Shown here: positions 1 to 7,800 of the stretch, in pieces
Layout: every line of letters begins with the position of its first letter
Position numbering within the stretch: the first letter of the stretch is position 1
NCBI GenBank assembly: GCA_034437215.1
Contig: DAOTVC010000039.1
Location: forward strand, 35,188-99,187
DNA length: 64,000 nucleotides
Direction of reading: 5' to 3'
Source: Anaerolineae bacterium
GTDB lineage: Bacteria; Chloroflexota; Anaerolineae; B4-G1; SLSP01
Notes under the pieces: model-generated
Databases searched by the model: none
The model's input: the letters and a program-made list of their open reading frames with translations, nothing else
What the model was told of the DNA's origin: nothing
Made by a program: the position numbers and the translations under genes

Positions 1-101
1 CAACGCAGGAAAGGTCTGGTACGCCCCACCGCAGCAGCCATTTGAGCTAGTTTTAGAGCTGCTCACCCCACCACCCGGCGAAACCCAAAAGAGCCCTGCT
101 G

Positions 102-872
102 CTACCAGCTCTTCTCTCCGGGCACCTCAGCCCCGTTCCGGGGCTGCCCCCCGTGCCCCTCACAGAGCACCAGCGAGTCGCCCTGACGGTCGGTGTGCAC
201 GACGTAGAGGGCATCACCCGCCCGGAGCGTGATCCGGTATCCGGGAGTGATGACCATGAGGCAATTGGCACCGGGCGCCGCACATCCCAGGCAGGAGTTG
301 CGCCACTCCACAGATTGCACCTCCACAAGGGTCAAGGACTCCGCCGCAACACCCCGTCGCTCGGCGACCAGGCGCTTCGCAGCCGCGACGACGGATTGCA
401 ACGTCTCGGTAAGGGGGGGCTCCGGAGAGGGACGCGGAGAGAGATCAGGCTCGCACACCACAAAGTGAGCGGGCTCCTCGGCGGTGTGCACCGCGTAACC
501 TTTACCGCCGGCATCTTTCACGACCAGACGCCAACCGGGGGTGATGACCTGAGCGTAGTCCCTTCCGGGTCGGGGACAGCCGAGGGCCGTACTGGACCAC
601 TCCTCTCGTTGGGCCTCGACGAGCCGCAGCTCCTCTGCGGACGTCTCGAGAGCTTCCGCCAGGAGGGGGCGCAGTTGAGCAAAGAGGGCCCCTTCAACCC
701 CCAACGTGGGGGAAGGCGTGGGCAGAGGGGACGCCCTAGCGGGCGTCTGGACGGGCGATAGGGGGCTGGTCAGGGTCTCTGCCTCTCCTTCGGGGGCGGG
801 AGTGGGTAAGACCGGCGGCGTACAGGCAGCCCACGACAACAGTATCAGCAGAATCACAAGTCTAATCCGCAT
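102..872 (-). CDS. Predicted secreted lipoprotein with an internal tandem duplication: two ~75-aa Cys-containing domains (LGCPRPG..VITPGWRLVV..HFVVCE and LGCAAPG..VITPGYRITL..VLCEGHGG) joined by Pro/Thr/Ser-rich linkers
   Basis: ORF track. N-terminal hydrophobic signal followed by Cys (LLSWAAC, lipobox-like). Two repeated domains visible in the translation. No recognisable family. Confidence 0.5.
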   Translation of the reverse strand: MRIRLVILLILLSWAACTPPVLPTPAPEGEAETLTSPLSPVQTPARASPLPTPSPTLGVEGALFAQLRPLLAEALETSAEELRLVEAQREEWSSTALGCPRPGRDYAQVITPGWRLVVKDAGGKGYAVHTAEEPAHFVVCEPDLSPRPSPEPPLTETLQSVVAAAKRLVAERRGVAAESLTLVEVQSVEWRNSCLGCAAPGANCLMVITPGYRITLRAGDALYVVHTDRQGDSLVLCEGHGGQPRNGAEVPGEKSW

Positions 873-1340
873 TCAAACTCCTCCTCGGAAATTAGTCGTA
901 TAGTCTCGCAGTCTGGTAGTCAAGCAGTCATTGCATGCTTGGATGGGGTGGACAAGCACCGGCGTCTCCTTCAAGAGCAGCCTGGGCACGCGAGCGTCCC
1001 GCCCGCCAGGTTGGGGAACAAGGTGTCCGCGTTCCATCGAGAATCCGTCGCAGATCAAAGGTCAACAGCGAACGTCCTCTGCAGACCCGGCGGGTGCGCG
1101 TGAGGAGATCGCCTCTACGAGGAGACACCTATGAAGACGTCAGGGGGGACTTTCGAGTTCCGCACACCTCACGTTTGATCTCCTCCGCGCCCCCACTATA
1201 ATGATGGAGGGGTGTTTCAACCTAGTCGGAAGCGATCCCTCGCTGAAACGTGAGGATCTCACATTTTACGTTTCACCTTTCATGCCTCGGCTTGACTCAG
1301 CGGAGACATACCCTAACGATTGTAAGGGGGACAGAAGATA

Positions 1341-2255
1341 TTGAAAAGGATCAATCCCGTACTCACAAGGCACCTGCGACAGACAACGCACCGGAACAGA
1401 GCCTTCTGGCTGCTGGGGCTCTATCTGCTGGCGATCACGGTGCTGACCGTGCTCTTCGGCGCGCTCATCTTCGTCGCCACCTTAACTCCTCAGGTTGTAA
1501 CCTTCTCCATGTCCGATATCTACGAGACGGGCCGGATGATGTTCACCCTCTCCAGCCTCTTCCTTCTCATCGCAGCGAGCATCCTGGCTCCCATCAATGC
1601 CCTGGGTACCCTCGCCGGTGAGAGGGAGCAGCGCACCCTCGACCTGCTGCGCCTCACCACCCTCCATACCCGTTCCATCGTCCTGGGCAAGGTGGGGGCA
1701 GCGCTGATCAACGGCACCCTCTACATTCTGGCTCCCATTCCGCTGTTGATGATGGGGTATTGGCTCGGGGGGATCTCCGCTCTGGAGCTCGTGCTCACCT
1801 TCGCTTTTCTGGTGATCACCATGCTCTTCTGCACCTCCGTGGCCCTCTTCTTCTCCTCCCTCACCCGCAAGACGATTGCAGCCGTGCTGCTCTTCTACGG
1901 CCTGAGCTTCGCTACCCTGCCCCTTATCGGGATCCTCGCCTTCGTCTTCCAAGCCCTACCCTACCTGCTGTTGGATGGCCCCATCGCCGCCGGCTCTTTC
2001 CCGTTGCAGATCTTCATCGAACATGGCTGGGTGCTCCTGGCAGCGCTCCATCCTTACACGGCGGGTATCGTGAGCTACGCCCTCTGGACGGAAAAGGGGT
2101 CCTGGTTTTTCAACACCTTCTCCCTCTCGGGCCCCTACACCGGCCACCTCGTCACGCTGCCCTCTCCGTGGATCCCCTACTTCGTACTGGTCCTGGTCGT
2201 CTCCTTCTTCCTCCTCCGAAGCGCCTGGCGTCGTCTGGCACGCCCGAAGAGGTAG
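1341..2255 (+). CDS. ABC-2 family transporter permease with multiple transmembrane segments; no ATPase gene adjacent
   Basis: 304-aa polytopic membrane protein with the ABC-2 permease look (LRLTTLHTRSIVLGKVGAALINGTLYIL..). TTG start at 1341 preceded by AAGGGGGA. Confidence 0.5.
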   Translation: MKRINPVLTRHLRQTTHRNRAFWLLGLYLLAITVLTVLFGALIFVATLTPQVVTFSMSDIYETGRMMFTLSSLFLLIAASILAPINALGTLAGEREQRTLDLLRLTTLHTRSIVLGKVGAALINGTLYILAPIPLLMMGYWLGGISALELVLTFAFLVITMLFCTSVALFFSSLTRKTIAAVLLFYGLSFATLPLIGILAFVFQALPYLLLDGPIAAGSFPLQIFIEHGWVLLAALHPYTAGIVSYALWTEKGSWFFNTFSLSGPYTGHLVTLPSPWIPYFVLVLVVSFFLLRSAWRRLARPKR

Positions 2256-2258
2256 AGC

Positions 2259-3749
2259 ATGCGCGAAGAGAGCTTGCAGGCAGAGCAAGCCCGCCTCCTG
2301 GGCGCGCTCCGCAGACACGATGCCGTCGTGGGCCTGGGATGGGGCCTGGTAGCGGCGTTGGCCCTCGAGACGCTGCTGGTCCTCGCCGGTCGGTTGGTGC
2401 CCCTCTGGTACCGCAGCGCTCTCCTCCGGCTCCTCCCGCTCCTTCTCGGCAGCGGGCTCCTTCTCGGTGCCCTTGTCGGGGCTTATGGCAGCCGGCCCCT
2501 CAGCCGCCGCCTTCGTCGTCTGGAGCGAAATCTCGGGCTCGCCGAGCGCCTGATTACCGCTTGGGAACTGGAGCAAGGACGGATCACCGCCCCCCCTTCC
2601 ATGGTCGAAGAACAGCGCCAGGAGACCCTGGAAACTCTGCGAGGGCTGGACGCCGGGCGCACCTTTCCTCTACGACCCGCGCCGGCTGCCCTCCGCACCG
2701 TCCTGGGGCTCGTCCTGCTGCTCGGCGTAGCGCTGGGACTCCCTAACCCTCAGGAGGAGCGCCTCCTGGAACGGCAGGCGCTTCAGGAGGCCCACGAGGA
2801 AACGATCACCGAGATAGAGTCCTTGATCGCGAGTGTGGCACAAGATTCGTTTCTCGACCCCGAAACGCGCGAGGCAGCGCTGGAGGCCCTGGAAGAGGCC
2901 CTCAGCACCCTGGAGGATCCCCAGACTTCGCCCGACGAACAGATGCGGGCCCTGGACGAGGCTGAGGAGACGCTGGCGGACCTCGAAAACGCCGCAGCGG
3001 AGGCCCGCGTCCAGCAGCTCGCGGAAGCTGCCCCCCTCTCCACGGAGGAGGCAGTCCGACAGATGAGCGAGCTCCTGCAGAGGAGAGACCCTCAAGCGGC
3101 GGCGGCCTGGTTGCGGGAGCTGGTCGAGGAGCGCGGCGATCCGCTCACACCGGAGGAGATCCTGGCCCTGGCGGATGCCTTTACCGAGATGGCGCAGGCA
3201 CTTCAAGAGACAGATCCGGCACTCGCCGACCAGTTTCAGGAGATAGCGGAAGAGATCTACTCCGGTGACGCGCAGGAAGCGCGCGCAGCCATCCTGGAGG
3301 CCTCTGAAACGCTGGGAGAGGTAGCGGAGGGTAACGCGTCCAACCGTAGCCTGGAAAGCGCGCAGGCGCGCTTACAGCGCGTCGAGGAATCCCTGGGGGC
3401 TTCCGCCGGTATGCTATCAGAGGGGGAAGTCCCCAGGGGAGCAGACGCCTCCGGCAGCGGGGGCACAGCAGGCGGGGAGGATGCGGGCAGCAGTGCGCCC
3501 TATGGCCCCTCCGAGAGCGCGCGCCTCGAGGGGGAGAGCGGGCAGATCACCTTACCCCGTGAGAGAACAGCCGGGGAAGGGGAGCCGGGCGTAGGCAGCG
3601 CAGGCAGCGCCCGGGTGGACTACACGGAGGCCTACGGCGAGTATGCGGCGGCTGCAGAGGCCGAACTCTCCAGGCGCTCCCTCCCCCCGGCGATGCGGGG
3701 CTACATCCGTGCCTACTTCAGCAGCCTCGAAGAGCAGGGCTCGCAATAA
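2259..3749 (+). CDS. Hypothetical membrane-anchored protein with about three N-terminal TM helices and a long acidic Glu/Ala/Leu-rich predicted coiled-coil C-terminal domain
   Basis: 496-aa ORF starting 4 nt after the permease stop, so likely co-transcribed. Hydrophobic N-terminus, then repeated EEALxxLE-type acidic segments. Confidence 0.5.
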   Translation: MREESLQAEQARLLGALRRHDAVVGLGWGLVAALALETLLVLAGRLVPLWYRSALLRLLPLLLGSGLLLGALVGAYGSRPLSRRLRRLERNLGLAERLITAWELEQGRITAPPSMVEEQRQETLETLRGLDAGRTFPLRPAPAALRTVLGLVLLLGVALGLPNPQEERLLERQALQEAHEETITEIESLIASVAQDSFLDPETREAALEALEEALSTLEDPQTSPDEQMRALDEAEETLADLENAAAEARVQQLAEAAPLSTEEAVRQMSELLQRRDPQAAAAWLRELVEERGDPLTPEEILALADAFTEMAQALQETDPALADQFQEIAEEIYSGDAQEARAAILEASETLGEVAEGNASNRSLESAQARLQRVEESLGASAGMLSEGEVPRGADASGSGGTAGGEDAGSSAPYGPSESARLEGESGQITLPRERTAGEGEPGVGSAGSARVDYTEAYGEYAAAAEAELSRRSLPPAMRGYIRAYFSSLEEQGSQ

Positions 3750-3793
3750 GATTACGCACCACATAGCCTTGGCCAAGGAGATTATTGCAGTTC

Positions 3794-3822
3794 TTGACAA
3801 TCGTCCCGCCCTATGCTAACAT
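3794..3822 (+). promoter_or_regulatory. Sigma70-like promoter candidate TTGACA-N17-TAACAT
   Basis: Read from the sequence: TTGACA at 3794-3799, 17-nt spacer, TAACAT at 3817-3822. Confidence 0.4.
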
Positions 3823-3944
3823 GAAACTTGTTTGGAGATCCCAGTGCAAAACTTAACCGGAGCGACCCAGACCAACAACAATCAGCAGCCGCATCCTCGG
3901 GGAGGATCCGGTTAGCCGAACGCGCGAGCAACACGCGAATTGAA

Positions 3945-3978
3945 CCAGCCTACCGGACCGGAGGCTGGTTTTTCTTTT
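3945..3978 (+). terminator. Intrinsic terminator: CCAGCCT/AGGCTGG stem followed by TTTTTCTTTT
   Basis: Hairpin plus U-tract about 150 nt downstream of the candidate promoter and about 85 nt upstream of glnA. Confidence 0.5.
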
Positions 3979-4061
3979 GGGCTAGGGGTCTGCTCCAGAA
4001 GGAGGTGCAGCCAGGTGAGAAGCAAGGCCCGCGAGGGGTCACGTTGTAAACGGTCAAAATC

Positions 4062-5450
4062 TTGACAGCCAAGCAGACTCATATACCATTCAACCAAGGT
4101 CAGGAGGCAAGCAAAATGTCCATCGACGTAGTGTCCCGTGCCCAAGAAGATCAAGTACACTTTATCAGCTTACAGTTCATCGACATTCTGGGGAACATCA
4201 AGAGCGTGACCATCCCGGTCCAGCAGCTGGAGAACGCCCTTCAAGAGGGAGTCTGGTTTGACGGCTCCTCCATTCAGGGCTTCGCGCGCATCTACGAGAG
4301 CGACCGCGTCCTCGTGCCTGACCCCGGCACCTACCGGGTACTCCCCTGGAGCGCCCCGGAGCGGCGCCGGGCGCGCATCCTCTGTGACGTACACGGCCCG
4401 GACGGGGACCCCGCCGCCAATGACCCGCGTACCGTCCTCAAGCGCGCCGTGGAGCGCGCGGCGCAGCGGGGATACGTCTACAACACCGGGCCGGAGATCG
4501 AGTTCTTTATCTTCGAGAGAGCGGCTCACTCCCCTCTCAGTCCCGTCCCCCACGACGTCGTGGGTTACTTCGATTTCTCGCCGCGGGACAAGGCCCAACA
4601 GGTACGCAGCGAGATCGTCCTGGCACTGCAGGCTCTGGGTATCGAGGTCGAGATGAGCCACCACGAGGTAGCGACGGGCCAACACGAGATCGACTTCCGC
4701 TACGCCGACGCTCTCACCAGCGCCGACAACGCCGTCACCTTCAAGTCCGCCGTAAGGGCCGTCGCCGCCAGCCACGATCTCTACGCCAGTTTCATGCCGA
4801 AGCCTATCTTCGGGATCAACGGCTCGGGCATGCACACCCACCAGAGCTTCGCGGGCCGCGATAACGGACGCAATCTCTTCTACGATGCTCACGACACCCA
4901 CCACCTCTCCTCCCTGGCGCGCTCCTTCGTGGCGGGACAGTTAGCCCACGCCCGGGCCCTCTCCGCCATCGTCGCTCCCACCGTCAACAGCTACAAGCGG
5001 CTCACGCCGGGCTACGAGGCCCCCGTCTACATCTCCTGGGCCCACCGCAACCGCTCCGCCCTCATCCGCGTGCCCTCGGCACGTCCCGGACATGAGGCGG
5101 CGATGCGCGTCGAGCTCCGCTGCCCGGATCCCAGCGCTAACCCCTATCTCGCCTTCACCGCGATGTTGGCGGCCGGGCTGGACGGTATCGAGAAGGAGCT
5201 GAAACCACCGGCGATGGTCAACGAGGACATCTACCATCTGGAGCCGGCCGACCTGGAGGCGCGCGGGATCCAGACGCTGCCCGGCACGCTGGGGGAGGCC
5301 CTGGAGGCCCTGGAGAGAGACGAGGTGCTTCTCGAGGCCCTGGGTGCGCCCATCGTGGAGGCCTTTATGCGGGCTCGCCGGGCCGAGTGGGAGGAGTATC
5401 GCATCCAGGTCACGCCGTGGGAGCTGGAACGCTATTTAGAAACGGCCTGA
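4062..5450 (+). CDS. glnA: Glutamine synthetase type I
   Basis: 462 aa. Beta-grasp motif FDGSSI and ATP-binding region KPIFGINGSGMHTHQS; length typical of GSI. Confidence 0.9.
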   Translation: MTAKQTHIPFNQGQEASKMSIDVVSRAQEDQVHFISLQFIDILGNIKSVTIPVQQLENALQEGVWFDGSSIQGFARIYESDRVLVPDPGTYRVLPWSAPERRRARILCDVHGPDGDPAANDPRTVLKRAVERAAQRGYVYNTGPEIEFFIFERAAHSPLSPVPHDVVGYFDFSPRDKAQQVRSEIVLALQALGIEVEMSHHEVATGQHEIDFRYADALTSADNAVTFKSAVRAVAASHDLYASFMPKPIFGINGSGMHTHQSFAGRDNGRNLFYDAHDTHHLSSLARSFVAGQLAHARALSAIVAPTVNSYKRLTPGYEAPVYISWAHRNRSALIRVPSARPGHEAAMRVELRCPDPSANPYLAFTAMLAAGLDGIEKELKPPAMVNEDIYHLEPADLEARGIQTLPGTLGEALEALERDEVLLEALGAPIVEAFMRARRAEWEEYRIQVTPWELERYLETA

Positions 5451-5470
5451 AGCAGTTACTAGGGGGATGC

Positions 5471-5638
5471 CTGCCGTAGGCGGGGCAATCCCTGCCGTAG
5501 GCGGGGCAATCCCTGCCGTAGGCGGGGCAATCCCTGCCGTAGGCGGGGCAATCCCTGCCGGAGGCGGGGCAATCCCTGCCGTAGGCGGGGCAATCCCTGC
5601 CGGAGGCGGGGCAATCCCTGCCGGAGGCGGGGCAAGCA
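5471..5638. repeat. Tandem direct repeat of a 21-bp unit CTGCCGTAGGCGGGGCAATCC, about 8 copies, some with the T-to-G variant GGAGG. Flanked by the 12-bp inverted repeat GGGATGCCTGCC (5464-5475) ... GGCAGGCATCCC (5641-5652)
   Basis: Counted directly in the sequence. Intergenic between glnA and the NUDIX gene. ORFs 5410..5658(-) and 5467..5787(+) are artefacts of the in-frame 21-bp periodicity. Confidence 0.9.
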
Positions 5639-5668
5639 GGCGGCAGGCATCCCAACAAGGAGGAGCGT

Positions 5669-6124
5669 ATGGAGCCAGAACAGATTCCCGTCCTCTATGC
5701 CGTCGCCGGGGGGGTCGTCTACGACATACAAAAGCGCCAGGTGGTGGTGCTCATCCGCCCCTCCCGGGACGAGATCCGGCTGCCTAAAGGCCATATCCTG
5801 CCCGAGGAGAACCCCGAGCAGGCAGCCCTGAGGGAGATCACCGAGGAGACGGGCTATTCCGATCTGGAGATCGCCCTCACACTCGGAGAGCAGTTGGTCG
5901 TTTTTCCCTTCGGCAAGCACACTATTCGGCGCACGGAGTACTACTACCTGGTCTACCTCCGTTCGGAGCAGCAGGTGGAGCGCCCGCCTGCCGACGAGGA
6001 GGAGTTCTTCCCCATCTGGATCTCTCTGAACGAAGCCCTGGAGCACCTCACCTTTGAGGCCGAGCGCGAGTGGATCCGGCGGGCGCAGGCCTACCTCATA
6101 GAGCGCCGCGAAGATGGCGCGTGA
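5669..6124 (+). CDS. NUDIX hydrolase
   Basis: Nudix box GHILPEENPEQAALREITEETGY (G-x5-E-x7-REUxEExGU). RBS AAGGAGGA upstream. Confidence 0.8.
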   Translation: MEPEQIPVLYAVAGGVVYDIQKRQVVVLIRPSRDEIRLPKGHILPEENPEQAALREITEETGYSDLEIALTLGEQLVVFPFGKHTIRRTEYYYLVYLRSEQQVERPPADEEEFFPIWISLNEALEHLTFEAEREWIRRAQAYLIERREDGA

Positions 6125-6818
6125 ACGACGCGAAGCACTGAAGGCCAAGATCCTGGAGGTCCACCGGCGTCTCGGTGCCGCCTACGGTGAGCCGGAGCGC
6201 GAGGCGGAGAAGGGGGCCGTGGCCCAGCTGGTGAACACCATTCTCAGCCAGAACACCAACGACCGCAACCGCGATCTGGCCTACGATCGCCTGCGTCTAC
6301 GCTTCCCCAGCTGGGAAGCCGTGCGCGACGCGCCCCAGGAGAAGGTGATTGAAGCCATCCGCCCTGCAGGCCTGGCGCCCAGCAAGGGGCCCCGCATCCA
6401 GGAAGCCCTGCGAGAGATCACCCGCACGCAGGGCGAGATCACGCTCGACTTTCTGCGGGACCTGGGCCTTGAGGAGGCCCGGGAGTGGCTCCTCGGCATC
6501 AAGGGGGTCGGCCCCAAAACAGCCGCCATCGTGCTCCTCTTCGCCCTCGCACGGCCCGCCTTTCCGGTGGACACCCACGTGCACCGCGTGAGCCGGCGGC
6601 TGGGACTGATCCCGCAGGACACATCACGGGAGAAAGCCCACACCCTTCTGGAAGGGCTGGTTCCGGAGGCGCTCTACTATCCCTTTCACATCGAGTTGAT
6701 CCGCCACGGGCGGGAAGTCTGCACAGCCCGCAACCCGGAGCACGCCGCGTGTGGTCTACAGGATCTCTGCGACTACTATCAGGAGTTGAAGGTCGATGAA
6801 AGAGCGAACGAGAGTTAA
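6114..6818 (+). CDS. nth: Endonuclease III-like DNA glycosylase of the HhH-GPD family
   Basis: HhH-GPD signature LLGIKGVGPKTAAIVLLFAL..FPVDTHVHRV. C-terminal Cys cluster is incomplete (three Cys). Overlaps the NUDIX gene by 11 bp, so likely an operon. Confidence 0.7.
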   Translation: MARERREALKAKILEVHRRLGAAYGEPEREAEKGAVAQLVNTILSQNTNDRNRDLAYDRLRLRFPSWEAVRDAPQEKVIEAIRPAGLAPSKGPRIQEALREITRTQGEITLDFLRDLGLEEAREWLLGIKGVGPKTAAIVLLFALARPAFPVDTHVHRVSRRLGLIPQDTSREKAHTLLEGLVPEALYYPFHIELIRHGREVCTARNPEHAACGLQDLCDYYQELKVDERANES

Positions 6819-7353
6819 ATTCCCCCTGTTGATCTATCAGACCCTGAGCAAGCGCTGGTTCGTCTCTTCTGTGCTGCTCATCCCTCTGGGCCTGCTGCTC
6901 TGGTGGAGCCAGCGACAGAGTGGCCCCTACGCCTTCGCCATCCTCTTCGTCCCGCTGGCGGGCGTCCTCCTCACTATCTACACGCTGCTGGCGCGCAATG
7001 CCGCCGTCGTCTGCAGCCCCAAGCACTTCACCGTCCGTACGCCGCTCATGCCGGTGGTCTTCTCCTACCGGCGGGTGGAGAATGTACGGCCCCTCGAATT
7101 CGCCGCGGTCTTCCCTCCCCTGGAGGAAAAGGGAGTGCGGCGACGCTTCTACCAGAATCTCTGGGCCAAGACCGCCGTCGTCGTCGATCTCAAGGGCTAT
7201 CCCGTCGCCCTGTGGTGGCTGAAACTCTGGTTCAGCCCCTACCTGCTGCACCCCCAAGAGCGGGCCCTCGTCCTGCTCGTCGAGGAGTGGATGGCCCTCG
7301 TACGCCAGATCGAGATCCGGCGCGCGGCCCTCCAGGAGGGGCGACATTACTGA
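6796..7353 (+). CDS. Hypothetical membrane protein, possibly bacterial PH-domain-like
   Basis: 185-aa ORF with two N-terminal TM helices. Start overlaps the nth 3' end. No confident family. Confidence 0.35.
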   Translation: MKERTRVKFPLLIYQTLSKRWFVSSVLLIPLGLLLWWSQRQSGPYAFAILFVPLAGVLLTIYTLLARNAAVVCSPKHFTVRTPLMPVVFSYRRVENVRPLEFAAVFPPLEEKGVRRRFYQNLWAKTAVVVDLKGYPVALWWLKLWFSPYLLHPQERALVLLVEEWMALVRQIEIRRAALQEGRHY

Positions 7354-7379
7354 AAGCGCCGAGAGGGTCTTTGTTTTTG

Positions 7380-7710
7380 GTTGCTGAAGGGGGCACAAAC
7401 CCAAATTAAACGCATTGGATTTTGGATTCTGTAGGGCATTATCCCAAAATGATAGCGCAAACCCATAACTTATCCACTTTTCCACAGCTTTATCCACAGG
7501 CCAAACCGTAATTGTAGGGGTCACGAGGTCCCAAAGTGGCACTTACAGGGAAAAGGTAATTTGTTATTCACAGTTATTCGTGCAACCTTAAAACTTAGGT
7601 CCTTTTAACACAAAAGGGGCTCCTGGAATTGCACCCCCGGGGCTTTTTTGGTAAAATAGGGGCGTGCCAAGGGATGAAACGCCCTGCGGAACTCCACCAA
7701 GACACTTCCA
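7380..7710. other. Candidate oriC region upstream of dnaA: DnaA boxes TTATCCACT (7470-7478) and TTATCCACA (7490-7498), a degenerate box at 7439-7447, and an AT-rich stretch at 7561-7620
   Basis: Consensus DnaA boxes (TTATCCACA) seen directly. Sits immediately 5' of dnaA in a 360-bp non-coding, lower-GC region. Confidence 0.5.
7629..7657 (+). promoter_or_regulatory. Candidate dnaA promoter TTGCAC-N17-TAAAAT
   Basis: Read from the sequence, about 145 nt upstream of the likely dnaA ATG. Confidence 0.35.
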
Positions 7711-7800
7711 CAGGTGGAGGACGACACACCAATCTTTGCACGAAGTAGCATTATGGAATCGGAGGGTCCTTTTGCGCCCCTCCGCAGCAAGGGGAATTAT

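Noticed and set aside
3828-4049. 73-aa ORF inside the glnA upstream leader
   Set aside because: It starts at a TTG, spans a predicted terminator and promoter, and its translation is low complexity. It is more consistent with non-coding leader RNA.
5471-5638. Possible CRISPR array
   Set aside because: The units are directly adjacent with no spacers, and the unit length is 21 bp. It is a simple tandem repeat, not repeat-spacer architecture, and there are no cas genes.
5410-5787. ORFs 5410..5658(-) and 5467..5787(+) encoding repetitive peptides (DCPAYGR.. / GGAIPAV..)
   Set aside because: They are translations of the 21-bp (7-codon) tandem repeat, which is in frame by construction. No start context; they overlap the glnA terminator and NUDIX promoter region.
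7714-7800. Upstream extension of dnaA to 7714 as given in the ORF track
   Set aside because: The conserved DnaA N-terminus begins at MNEANSHKLW (7801). The extension would overlap the putative promoter and oriC elements.
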